A stretch of DNA of 64,000 nucleotides from Macrostomum hystrix (lineage: Eukaryota; Animalia; Platyhelminthes). This document shows positions 13,291 to 25,797 of this stretch, piece after piece (position 1 is the stretch's first letter; each line of letters starts with the position of its first letter). The notes beneath the pieces were generated by a model, which was not told the origin of the DNA, did no database searches, and saw nothing but the letters and a program-made list of their open reading frames with translations. Both the position numbers and the translations under genes were made by a program. The DNA is taken from assembly GCA_950097015.1 (NCBI GenBank), contig CATNEN010000041.1, positions 2,852,001-2,916,000 on the forward strand, written 5' to 3'.

Positions 13291-13822
13291 CGTATAAATT
13301 AGCATAAGTAAATAAATACGCCAACGCAAATCTTAGAATCTAACTCCAGGCGGTTAGTAGATCTGTATGAGTTTACTATTCAAACTGAAGCTTATGGACA
13401 CGAACTGTGCTATGTACGAAAGGATTTCTACTTAGAGTTATACTTGACTTATCAAACAGCAGTCTTAAGACAGTCTTAATCGAGCAGCTCGACAAGCGAT
13501 CTGCTTTCGGCTTAATTTTACAAAGTTTGCAGCATCAGAGGTTGAATCGGTACTCCTAAATTTACTGTCCCATTGCGAGAGAGGCGCAAATGCATCGGGG
13601 ATAAGCAGCCGTTGGGCAGCAGACAGAAAGATTTGCTAAGTTTCTGAATGTACCGCAGAGCCGAACGCAAACTGCCGGGAAGCCCTACTCGGTCGCTTCT
13701 GACTGCTTCTTGGCAAAGTTAGTAAAAGCCTGCAGCGCTCAGTTGGATTGTCTGGTACCTGGAATTCGATAATAAAAAACAACCTAGCTGAAAAAAGAGC
13801 GACTCTAGCTAGCACTGCCTAC

Positions 13823-14119
13823 CTGATCCAGTGGGGTCTGGTTGACGCTGTAGTCGAGCATTACAACGCTGTCCTTGAGCTTCTGGAAGCACTCGAAGAT
13901 GGTCCTGGGCTGCACAGTCTGCACAGTCGCGTATTTCTCAATCAGCACTGCATCAGGGAAGGCTGACGCGGCGTCAGCTCTCTTCGGTGTCACAGCCGCC
14001 CCGGCACTGGCGGCGGCTGCATACTGCGGCTGGCGAACGCGCCGGAAAATGTTGAATCCTTGGTCGAATTTTTTCTTCAGGTGCTGAGGAATGCCGATGC
14101 ACTGCAGTCTGCCGTTCAC
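13823..14119 (-). pseudogene. Orphan inverted duplicate of ABCA exon 6856-7185
   Basis: Translates [22 protein letters not shown]...DYSVNQTPLDQ versus parent [22 protein letters not shown]...[11 protein letters not shown]. First 28 nt identical; flanked by CAG acceptor and GTA donor; 33 nt shorter, frame open. Confidence 0.85.
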
Positions 14120-16985
14120 CTGAGCGGGTGAGTGACTGCGAATGCAGTGCACTTCGTTGGTATGCGACGAGTCAACGGGGCGGTTCCGCTTCATATTCTT
14201 CCACTGTGCATGTAGAGCTTCTTCATGAGCAAAGAAATATTTTCTTTGAAAATGTGATTTGAAACAAATCTGAAACACTTTTCTTTTACAAATTGCAAAT
14301 ATATAAAATAGCTATGCTTTTTGAATGAAGCTCTTTTATACTGCTGTTGTAGCAAAGTGCCTCCTGCCTTGACTTACATGACTTAGCTGCAGGGTGCTCC
14401 GTACCGGCGGACGCAGCGAGGAGGCGGAGGGAACCGCCCATTCCGCTAACCCCTGGCCCTGGCCTGCTGCCTTAGGTGACCTTTGCTTTTTGCATTAGAA
14501 AGTCAAGCAGCTAATCGGCAACAAAAATACAAGACACGTCACATAGATTCTTATTAGATAATTGATCCGAGGGTGTTATTTTATGACAAGGGTGTCACTA
14601 AATATGGTAATTCTGACCCATCATGCTGATAGTAGTAATTTACTTTTCCCTTTACTGGAGTAGAAGTTAGCAGTACAGCCTTTAACCAAAGCTTACTATA
14701 TACACAGCAGTAGAGCCCCCACAAAGGGCTGACCTGCAGTCCAGATTGGACGAGGCCGTTTAACAACAACCAAAGCTCACTGTATTAATTATCGTTACGC
14801 TTCCTACGTTACGCTTCACAATCCGCTGTAACTTATTTCTGTTGAAAAAAATTGTTTTATTAAATAAGAAGTTTAAACTCATGTGGTGTCACGCAAACTA
14901 TGTTTCTAAGAAATTACTATTGTCAACACGAAACAATCATCGAATCCGCTTGCAATCCTTATCTACTAACATAAGCACAGCCTCTAGACCTTCGGCTGCT
15001 TAATAGGCTTATTGTCAACCACTGGTTGAATTCCGACAGTACAATCGAGTATATTAATTAAAGTAAATAGGTTTAAGTCGCCAACTTAACTAGATGAAAC
15101 ATAATTTTAGTGTATGGGTGTCACTCTGCCTGCATATTCACTTTTTACACTGTAAAAATATATAGATGCAAATCCTTGCAAAAAATTCATCTTGCATATT
15201 TTTAAAAGCTGAGTTTGACATCTGAGTCTAACATAAACTCTTTGCCTAAGAGTTTGTGAGTTTTAGTGTTATTTTTTGTTCAAAGAGGAAAATGTCTGTT
15301 GGGGAACCCATGCATTATTAATTACCTTTCCTATGATTGTAAATGTGCTGTACTAGCCTTCTCAGTCCAGGGCATAACATTCGCTACTTAAAAGCATACT
15401 TTAAACTATCAGTATATAATTTAAGCAGAAATAACCTTTGATTTTAAGGCCTATGCAAAGTTTAAGTTAAACATTTATTATTAGTGCTGATAATATTAAT
15501 AGTAATTATTATACTATTCTTAGGACTCCTATACAGAGCCCTCTCTTGAGAATTTCTGGATGAGATATTTAATTTCTTCCCAGATATCCTCCTGTGGTAT
15601 TTGGAGTTTGCTAGTAAATTTTTTTCAACAAAAACCTTTAACATTTGAAGCTTTTAGCTCTTAACTTTTTGTCACTTAATATCACATTGTAAAGAATTAA
15701 TCATTTGTTTAAATTTTTTAATTAGTTTTACATTTTAAAATTATTTTGTTTGTTTTGTTTTGCTTATGTTTTGCGTATACACATTTGTTAGTGAAAGTCT
15801 TATATCTAAATTAAAGTAACAGTCTATTTTAAATTTAATTTCAATATACTAGCGTTAACAGCTCTATTAGCTTAATATGAAGGCATAAATACAGTGCTTT
15901 TGACAAAAAAAATTTTTAAGAACTGTTCAAAGCTATTGAAAAATGATACATTTTTGTTGCCACTTTTTCTTTTAGCTAACAGTCTTCCTATTAATTACAT
16001 TTAGTGTCATCACTTTTTGTCATTTTGACAGTAATATTGATATGGTAAATTTGAATTAAGGATAAAGAAATGATTAATTTCAAACCTATAAACAAATTGG
16101 AAATAATTACTAAGTAATAAAATATGGGCCAAAATGATTTCAGGCTAACATGGTTGTGGCTAAAGGGGCTAAGACTGTGCTTGACTGACACAGCTAAAAT
16201 TCTTAGCAGCTAAATATTAGAGAATACTTTATAAGCTCCTTTGGCATGGGACAACAATAGAGCTTGGTTATCAGCATATAGTTAGCACTGTGAGACATAA
16301 TAAAGTAGACACTATGTATATTTAATATTAGTAGATATTAAAAAATGTGATTCATGCAATAATTTAAGGCTAAATCTAACTACAATCATTATTTTTTGTT
16401 AGCATAGTTAACATCAACTTGTTTATCAATTTCACTAGTCCTTTTCAATTTGCATATGCATCTCATTTATCTGTGTAATATGTGTGTTTCTTCCCAATAT
16501 AATCTAAATGATGTCCAAGTTGTATACAAATATTGATTTAGAGTATTGCAAACAATATGTCAAATCACTATACTTTACTTTCCAATTAACTTGGAATTTT
16601 CCATATATTCCATATATTTTTCAAATATTCCATATTTTCCATTTGACATATCACTTTCTGGAAAGCATCCTTGCGAACTAGTCTCTAAAAGCAAAAATTA
16701 ATTTATTCGCTTTTTGCCTTTAAACTCCATGTAATAGCATTGGCTTTGAACAAACATTCGATTTCATTCTAGTCAAATAGCTCTAAATTGAAAGCAATTA
16801 TTGTTTTACTGTGAAGGCAGCAGGTTTAGCAATTTCAGACGATATTTGTCTATTGTGTCCCAGACATTCATTCTCTAGCTAATATGTTATTCATCTCGTC
16901 ATCTAAATAAATCATGTAAGATATTGATAAGGCACATGTCAGTAATACAAATCGCTCACTAAACTCCCCTCCAGAACCAGCCCGC

Positions 16986-19900
16986 ATGTCCGAGCATCAC
17001 CGAGCAGCAGCGGGTCGCGAGAGAAGCGGCACACCGAGTGGTCAGACAGCCGCTCCATCTCTTCTGTTCGCTGCCTCCAACCAGAACCTCACATTCGAGC
17101 TGCCTGCCCTGCTGATGCCACCGGCTCCGCCCCCGCCTCCACCTCCGCCGCCTCCTGCAGCCGAGCTGCCTACTGGCGCGGTTAGCAGTGTTGTTGGCGG
17201 CGGATTTGAGGAACTGGAGGCTCTGGATGAGGACTCGTTTATCGGCCAGGCGGCTGCAACCGCGTCTGAGGCGCCACCGGCTGCCGGCGGCCCACCGCCC
17301 ACAATGGGGGCCGCTAGTGCCGGCGGAGTCCGTTTCGGTGGCCTGCCACAGCGGCGCTGGGTGCCTCCAGCCGATGCCGCATTCTCTGGCACCGCAATGT
17401 CTTCAATGGCGCATCCGACCGTGCCACCGATGCCATCCTTCCAGCAGCAGGCGAACTCACTGTTCCAGCCACCTCCAGTCTCATATTCCACCGGCACCTT
17501 CCAGACGACTGCGGCTGCGGCGGTTGCCTCCTCTGTCCCGTCAGTGCCGGACCCGACAGCCGGGGGTCCTCCACCGAGTCTGTTCAGCGGCTACCGGCCG
17601 CCAGAGGCGCACTGGTTCTATGAGCAGCCCCTGGACGATTGGGAGGCTGAGGATGCCGCATCGACTGGCGCAAAGCTCTGGCTTCCTTTCACCGGCCACG
17701 ACTCGCAGCGTCTTGAACAGGCGGCTTCTGCTTTATCGGAGTCTCCGGTCACGGTCGATGGCGGCCGGTACGACGCTTGGCTACCGGCCAGGGTCAAGCG
17801 GGCCGCCTACTGGGAAGAGCCCGACCTGCCCATCCGGCGTTGCACCTGGTTTCGCAGGCCCGAGTCCGACTCGTCCGGCGCGCTCTCGCCGTTCGACGAG
17901 GCCACAAGCGACCAGCTGGAGTTGCATTACCGCTCGACGGTGGAGACCGGCACCTGGCGTCGGGAGATTCGCCTTCAGGACCAGCCCGGCACGGCCTTCG
18001 TGTTCCAGGGCCCCACCGACCTGTTGCAGTACCGGGTGGCGCCGGCTCAGGGCCCAGGCGAGTCGGCCGGACCTTGGGCTCTGGTCCGAGGCACCGGACA
18101 CTTGTTTGGCGCCTTGCCGGAGGGCGAGTGGCAGCCCGTCGATCACGTGATCCTGCTGGTTCCCGACGCGTCTGTCTGCGGCAGCGGCGGCCAGCACCCG
18201 CTGAGCGCTGCCGAACGGATTCGGCGCACCTGCGCTGAGCTCATGCGCAGCCACTTCCCGCACCGACCTGGCCGGGTCGAGTTCCTCCCTGCTGTGTGGC
18301 GGCAGGCACCCCTCATTGACTCCCGTCTAATGGCCCGCTTGATGCCCACATCGGTGCCGCGGCTTCGCCGTCTCCTTGGCGACTCATTGGCCGCCGGTGA
18401 GGCTCGTCGGCTGGTTGAGGCGGCGCCGGCACTGGCCGCCGAGCTCTGCCGCCTGCGGGCGCTTTTTGCGGCCCGAAACCCCGGCTACTCGGGCGGCTTC
18501 TCCATCGTTGGCCACGGCCTGGGCGGCGTTCTGGTCTTCGACCTAGTTGAGGCTGCCGGTCTGGCCGTCAAGGCCAACGGCTCCGAGACGCTGGCTGCGG
18601 TCGATGGAGACATTGAGGCGGAGACGGTCGCTGACGACATCAGAAAGGAGTCGGTAAAAGCGGTGCTTGAGCGGCTTGGGCTGAGCGATCTGGCTGATCA
18701 GTTCGAGCAAGAGCAGATCGACCTGGAGACCCTGCAAGGCTTCACTGAGCAGGTGAGCGACTGCTTCTGCCCAGTCTCTTTGCTGCGCTGTTGCTGCATC
18801 CTTTTTAATTACGAAATCTTAGATTTATACCGTCCTCCTATTTAAGATCCCCAGGTTTCCCATCCCTGCTCCCAGTCTTGGGTTTCCCATCCCTGATCCC
18901 AGGCTTGGGTTTCCCATCCCTGATCCCAGGCTTGTGTTTCCCATCCCTGATCCCAGGCTTGGGTTTCCCATCCCTGATCCCAGGCTTGTGTTTCCCATCC
19001 CTGATCCCAGTCTTGGGTTTCCCATCCCTGATCCCAGGCTTGTGTTTCCCATCGCTGATCCCAGGCTTGTGTTTCCCATCGCTGATCCCAGGCTTGGGTT
19101 TCCCATCCCTGATCCCAGGCTTGGGTTTCCCATCCCTGATCCCAGGCTTGGGTTTCCCATCCCTGATCCCAGGCTTGGGTTTCCCATCCCTGATCCCAGG
19201 CTTGTGTTTCCCATCCCTGATCCCGTGCTTGGGTTTCCTATCAGGTAAATTCTTACATTAATCCGCCCGCAATCTATCGCGCTGTTGATCACGCTTCTCA
19301 CAGGATGCCAAGGATCTAAGCCTGCCGCTTGGTCCTCGAAAGAAACTCCTGGCCTACGCCCAGGGCTTTTCCGCTCCTGCCGCAGCCCCTGCTGTTCCCG
19401 CTCCGCCCGCTGCCATTGTGGCCGCCCCTTGCGCCAGCCTGGACTTCACCCCCGGCGCCCTGTTTGCGCTGGGCTGCCCGCTGGCTTTCTTCCTGGCTGC
19501 TCGCGGCCGCCTCTTCCTGGGCGCCGAGTTTCGCTTGCCCGGCGGCACCGGCCTGTTCAACATCTTCCACCCGCTGGACCCGCTGGCCTTCCGCTTGGAG
19601 CCCCTGCTGCCGCAGTGTCCGGCGCGGCCCTGCCAGCTGCCGCATCACAAGGGGCGCAAGCGGCTGCATCTGGAGCTTCGCGATGGCCTGGCCCGCGTCG
19701 GCGCCGATATCAAGGCCCGTCTGGTGGACAGCCTGCGCTCCACCTGGGCCAGCTTGCAGGGCTTCGCGCAGGCGCACAGGTAAGCAGGTTGGCAGGCCTG
19801 AGATTCGCCGATCTAATTTGAAATTGCATTAGGCTTACCTGGATGAGGCTTCGACTGTCCCACAGATCGGCTGCCTCAACGTACAGGCCAGACGAAGACC

Positions 19901-20769
19901 AGCAGCTGGATTCACTGGCCGCAGAGCTGCTCGGCGACTCCATGCAGCAGCGGCAGCCGAAGGCTCCTGCCGACTCAGATGGCGAGGAGCAGGAGAGCCT
20001 TGCGGCCGCGCTTAACAACGGTCGCCGCGTTGACTTCGCACTGCAGGAGTCTCCAATCGAGACCTTCAACGAGTACCTGTTCGCCGTAGGAAGCCACGCC
20101 GGCTACTGGAGCTCCGAGGACACCGCGCTGGCGATCTTGCGCGAGGTTTACCTGCCCCTGGGCGTGCGGCCTGCCGCTCAAACCACCTCCACCTCGCAGT
20201 CTCGCCTGTCATCCATGACTCCGCCGCCCCTGCCACCGCCGAATTCAACTGTCGCATTGTCTGTCAGCATCTCCAATCACCTGCCGCCTCCGCCACCCGC
20301 TGCATCTGCCTCAACCTTCTATCGCCAGCCGCCACCGCCATCGTCAGCACCTTTGTCAAACTTTTGCCATCAGCAGCCTCCGCCTCTGCCACCTTCGACA
20401 ACATCAGCGGCCAATTATTACCAGCCGCCACCACCACCATTGCCGCCTTCAACAACATCAGCAGCTGATTTCTATTATCAGCAGCCTCCACCACCGCCGC
20501 CTTCAACGACAACAGCAGCCAACTTTTACCAGCCAGGGCCGCCGCCACCACTGGCTCAGCCCACGGTGATTTATCAGCAGCAGCCGCCGGCCGCTGCATT
20601 ATTCCAGCCGGCGCCACCGCCGCCACCACCGCAGCCACAGGTACCGTCAGAGCCGCTGCAACCGCAGCAACCACCACCGTCCGGCTCTGCGGCCGCCCCA
20701 AAGCCGTCCGTATTCGGCAGCGGGCCTCCGCTCACGCAGAAGGGCCGCTCGCTTCATCGCAAAAAATAA
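16986..20769 (+). CDS. SEC23IP: SEC23-interacting protein p125 / DDHD2-like protein, about 1048 aa. Exons 16986-18752, 19304-19779, 19866-20769
   Basis: Pro-rich N-terminus; HWFY..LWLPF..DGGRYD..YWEE..RRCTWF block; RVEFLP; SAM domain (LGLSDLADQFEQEQIDLETL..LPLGPRKKLL); DDHD domain (NIFHPLDPLAFRLEP, RVDFALQE, SHAGYWSSEDT). Summed exon length is divisible by 3. Confidence 0.9.
18846..19245. repeat. 27-bp minisatellite (about 15 copies), SEC23IP intron 1
   Basis: Unit GGGTTTCCCATCCCTGATCCCAGGCTT. Confidence 0.95.
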
Positions 20770-21025
20770 AGCCGACAGCAATGACCAAACAGACCTTTGC
20801 TTCATCTGGTGGATGGGATTTGAGGACAATTCTATTGGAGACTTTGCGGATCATTAGTTCCTTGTGTTAATTGGTTCCTGATTAACTGTCGCCTTTCGCG
20901 TTTCATTCAATAATTTGTGTTGGGGGCGTATTTAGGGGTGCATTACGAATCCGCGCTATCTCAAAATCTCTTCTCTTGCTTTTTGCTTTCAATCAATAGT
21001 TCAATGTCTGGTCCATTGAATTCTT

Positions 21026-21414
21026 CATTGCAGTGAGCACTGATAACTGTCAGCTATGAGCAATGCCCATTGCAGTGAGCACTGATAACTGTCAGCTATG
21101 AGCAATGCCCATTGCAGTGAGCACTGATAACTGTCAGCTATGAGCAATGTCCATTGCAGTGAGCACTGATAACTGTCAGCTATGAGCAATGCCCATTGCA
21201 GTGAGCACTGATAACTGTCAGCTATGAGCAATGTCCATTGCAGTGAGCACTGATAACTGTCAGCTATGAGCAATGCCCATTGCAGTGAGCACTGATAACT
21301 GTCAGCTATGAGCAATGTCCATTGCAGTGAGCACTGATAACTGTCAGCTATGAGCAATGTCCATTGCAGTGAGCACTGATAACTGTCAGCTATGAGCAAT
21401 GTCCATTGCAGTGA
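21026..21414. repeat. 42-bp minisatellite (about 9 copies), intergenic
   Basis: Unit CCATTGCAGTGAGCACTGATAACTGTCAGCTATGAGCAATG(C/T). Confidence 0.95.
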
Positions 21415-21925
21415 GTCACTTCAAAGTTGGAATTTATTTTTGGTTGTGGAGTGGTCCTCTGGCCAGTTGTTTGTGTCCTCAGTTTAAACTTGCTTGTGTA
21501 ATCATTGCCTGTTGCCGACAAATATGTATTATTTTATTCTGTTTTTCTGAGTGGATGTTTACTTTAAGATTCGTTGAATGATCAGTCAGATTGCCCAGTG
21601 GCAGAGTTTCAGAATCCTTAAAAAGAGGACTCCATTTATTACTTTGACCTTTAGTAGTTGAATTTTGCATGCAAAAATTCAGTTGAATTATTGATTAACT
21701 TGAACTCTCATTGACGTTGATCTAGCTCACCAATTATAGCTGGATTATGCACAATCCACAATTTGCGTTGTGCATCATTAAATATTTCACTGAACCTAAA
21801 TGCGTTTCACTTTCGGTTCTTTCCCTACGGATTTATGCAAATATGTTGCAACATACTACTTACACTGGCGCTACTCTGGCTTCCTACCACCCACGCGATG
21901 CAAGACGGCTATAACTTTGTGTGAT

Positions 21926-22286
21926 CTGTCAGTAGCATCAGTCAGCTGTGTCTGTTAGTAGCATCAGTCAGCTGTGTCTGTCAGTAGCATCAGTCAGCTG
22001 TGTCTGTCAGTAGCATCAGTCAGCTGTGTCTGTCAGTAGCATCAGTCAGCTGTGTCTGTCAGTAGCATCAGTCAGCTGTGTCTGTCAGTAGCATCAGTCA
22101 GCTGTGTCTGTTAGTAGCATCAGTCAGCTGTGTCTGTCAGTAGCATCAGTCAGCTGTGTCTGTCAGTAGCATCAGTCAGCTGTGTCTGTCAGTAGCATCA
22201 GTCAGCTGTGTCTGTCAGTAGCATCAGTCAGCTGTGACTGTCAGTAGCATCAGTCAGCTGTGTCTGTCAGTAGCATCAGTCAGCTG
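21926..22286. repeat. 26-bp minisatellite (about 14 copies), intergenic
   Basis: Unit CTGTCAGTAGCATCAGTCAGCTGTGT. Confidence 0.95.
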
Positions 22287-22986
22287 GGATCAGTCAGCAA
22301 AAATCTGTCAGGTTTTCGTACTTGCTGTACTTGCTGTCTGCTGTAATTGTCTAGCTCACCAGCAAGACTATCGTCAATATCTAGTCGCTGTCTTGGCAGT
22401 TCGCATGGCGAAGGCAGTGCAGCTGTAGGCTGTGCAAACACTCCACACAGCGGTACAGATGAGGCAAACTGTAGCCCAGCAGCTGGCCACACGCCTCGCT
22501 GGCAGGTCTCGCAGTGTTATCAAACTGAGTTCAGCAGCATTGTGGGGTGTGGATAGAGATGCTGCAGGACAGGCAGCCATGAACCCAGCTGCACTGGCAC
22601 AATGAACCCGCATGCCGGCTCGCACCTGACATTGCTCAGAAGTGTAGCACTGCTGGCTCACTGGGCCAGTCCCCAAGCCGGCGGAGCAGGTCGGCAGCTG
22701 TGGGAACTGCGGCAGGTGCCCAGCCCGCCAGCTGGGCGAGTTCCCTTGTGAAAACTGGCGCCTTCCCCACCGTGCACGAGAGGCAGAAGTGTGTTTATTC
22801 GTGAACTTGTCTCTGCCGAGTCAGTGTATTTTGGCATGACAAATCTATTGCATTGCATTGGGCTTCAGTTCCAATTTACATAGGGGTTTCGGAATTTCAC
22901 GGATTCAGCTCAGAACGAGCGTCTTGAGAAACAACCGCTTGGGCCTTCCGAGGGCCAGTTGCTGGCAGCTCAGGTCTCCACGGTCC

Positions 22987-25616
22987 CTACTGGTCCGCAC
23001 CGCTCTCCCTCGGGTCCGTCCGAGCCATCTTGAAGTCCCCGGAGCCACCGCTGTCCCCATCGATCGGAGATTCTGCAGTTGAGGACGAGATACGGCTTGT
23101 TGGCACAGCCTTGCTGACTCCATACTGACTCCATACTGACTCCACGGCTGACAAACCGACAACCCAGCTGACACACCAACACCCCAGCTGACACACCAAC
23201 ACCCCAGCTGACACACCAACACCCCAGCTGACACATCAACACCCCAACTGACACACTGACTCCCAACTGACGCACTGACTCCCATCTGACGCACCAACAC
23301 CCCGGCAGGCGCACTGACAACCCGTCAGTTTATACTGCAACCAACCCTGTTGAGCCAGTTGTCCGCAGGCGGTTCTGTGCCTGTCCCAGTCGCGGTGTTG
23401 GCAGAAGCTGCCGCAGTACCTGGCGACGCTGCAGCCACTGCAGGTCTCAGTAGCGATGCGGCCGCAGTTCCAGCAGCTCTGCAAGGTCACGCATGGATTG
23501 TGGAAGGCTGGGCATAAGTTTAAGCGAAAACTCCGACGTCATCCTGAATTCATCCCAGCTCATCCCAGCTCATCCCAGCTCATCCCAGCTCATCCCAGCT
23601 CATTCCAGCTCATCCCATCTCATCCCAGCTCATCCCAGCTCATCCCAGCTCATCCCAGCTCATCCCAGCTCATCCCAGCTCATCCCAGCTCATCCCAGCT
23701 CATCCCAGCTCATCCCAGCTCATCCCAGCTCATCCCAGCTCATCCCAGCTCATCCCAGCTCATCCCAGCTCATCCCAGCTCATCCCAGCTCATCCCAGCT
23801 CATCCCAGCTCATCCCAGCTCATCCCAGCTCATCCCAGCTCATCCCAGCTCACCTCTGCGGAGCTGCTTTGGACCCTGCTGACCGCCAGCGCCTCGTCCC
23901 GGATCCGGGCGAGCAGTCGCTGGGAGCGCAGCCGCTCAGCGGTCAACAGCTGCTCGGCGCGCGCCTCCGCCGCAGCAACGGCTACGCGAGCCTCCTGCTG
24001 CGCCTGGCAGCGCACGCTGGACATCAGGCTGTCTGCGGACGGTGGATCATTGGGCGGAGACTCATGAGCAAGTCTTTGATATAAAACATTAAACTGAGAT
24101 GGATCATTGGAACTGAGATGGATCATTGGAACTGAGATGGAACATTGGAACTGAGATGGATCATTGGAACTGAGATGGATCATTGGAACTGAGATGGATC
24201 ATTGGAACTGAGATGGATCATTGGAACTGAGATGGATCATTGGAACTGAGATGGATCATTAATTGGAACCCAGATTGGGTCACAGGAGCTCAGATTGGAT
24301 CACACGAACTCAGATTGGGTCACAGGAACTCAGATTGGGTCACAGGAACTCAGATTGGGTCACAGGAACTCAGATTGGATCACACGAACTCAGATTGGGT
24401 CACAGGAACTCAGATTGGGTCACAGGAAATCAGATTGGGTCACACGAACTCAGATTGGGTCACAGGAACTCAGATAGGGTCACAGGAACTCAGATTGGGT
24501 CACAGGAACTCAGATTGGGTCACAGGAACTCAGATTGGGTCACAGGAACTCAGATTGGGTCACAGGAACTCAGATTGGGTCACAGGAACTCAGATTGGGT
24601 CACAGGAACTCAGATTGGGTCACAGGAACTCAGATTGGGTCACAGGAACTCAGCACGCATTGATCGAATGGAGGGCCTGTCCGGCCGCTTGGTTTGCACT
24701 CCCAGTGCTTTTAGTGCAAGTCAGGGAGCGGGTCCTCTTGACGCCGTCCCATTTCGTGAATCTGAACCGCCAACTCTGCAGCCAAATGTTGCATTCGCTG
24801 ATCCCCAAGCCAAGAAAAAGCACAGTTCCCAGATCTCCTAGAAACAGACGTGGGAAGTCTGGGCGCTGCGCAGCGCGACGCGAGAGGGCGGCCGCCACCT
24901 GGCGTCCCTGGGAGCCACCTGGCAGCCGTCGAGTTCGCAGATCTGGTTGGGAGACGCCCTGCCCGAGCCGAGGGGGGCAGAAAGACAGCTGGGGATTTCC
25001 CCCACTGCTTTGCGGGCTCCCTCCGCCCCGCGTGTCCCGCTGCCTGCCCTGCCCACTTATCGCCTCCCCTCCCCTCACGGAGACCACCTGCCAGGACAGC
25101 TCCGCGCACTGGCCCTCTGCGAGAGACAGCCGAGGCAGACAGTGGCAAGCAGCGGTCAGCTGAGCTCACAGCGGCAGCGGCGGCAGCAGCAGCAGCAGCT
25201 GATTCAAAGGCCGCCACCCACCCCAGCCTCAGCCAAGCCGGGCACCACCTGGGCCGCAGCCGTCGCTTTGCTCTGCTTTCTTCTCGCCCGCTCGCCAATT
25301 TAGTCCGGCTGCCGCACCTGCGGCCCCGCATCCTCCGGAGCCTGGCCTCTCCTAGCAGCAGCAATTTTCGGAGCGCAGCTGCCCCCCGCCCTGGCTCACG
25401 GGAAATTATTGTCGGCTCCCTCCTCGAATGCCAGGTGTGGCTTTGAATGGCAGAGCAGGAAAGAAAAAGCAGGTGGGGCGAAAGCAGAAGACAAAGTAAA
25501 CAGCAAATCGGCTGAGCAGACTGAAGCGGGCCGCGCGAGTTTCAGGTGACAGTGCGGCGCAAATTCGTGTCTTTCTTTTTTGAATCTGCAGAATTCACTC
25601 ACCAAGGTGCATCAAA

Positions 25617-25650
<34 letters not shown>

Positions 25651-25760
25651 GTTGCTGCTGCTGTCGAAAATCCTTTCTGGTGCCTTGAAAGCTCCACCAG
25701 CCTCGAGTTCCGTTGTCCTGCATCAGTGCTGACACCGAGACTGCAAGGTTGGAGCCTACG

Positions 25761-25797
<37 letters not shown>

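Noticed and set aside
12203-13324. 364-, 264- and 113-aa ORFs (SLCPTL / GLGRDS / QGWVET repeats)
   Set aside because: Products of an 18-bp tandem repeat that is open in several frames on both strands; non-ATG starts and no domain.
15135-15165. TTTTTACA-C-TGTAAAAA palindrome resembling a CACTA/EnSpm terminus
   Set aside because: No matching opposite terminus, target-site duplication or transposase found in the window.
21026-21414. CRISPR-like palindromic repeat
   Set aside because: Units are contiguous with no unique spacers, there are no cas genes, and the DNA is eukaryotic.
22690-22760. Plus-strand SCGNCGR resembling the start of the MYND finger
   Set aside because: Similarity is limited to about 20 nt and the remaining Cys/His pattern is absent; likely chance.
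24655-25560. Cluster of overlapping 70-300-aa ORFs on both strands inside nervy
   Set aside because: GC-rich intron. Flanking exons 25603 and 24032 already splice in frame, and no ORF has a recognisable domain. Cassette exons cannot be excluded.
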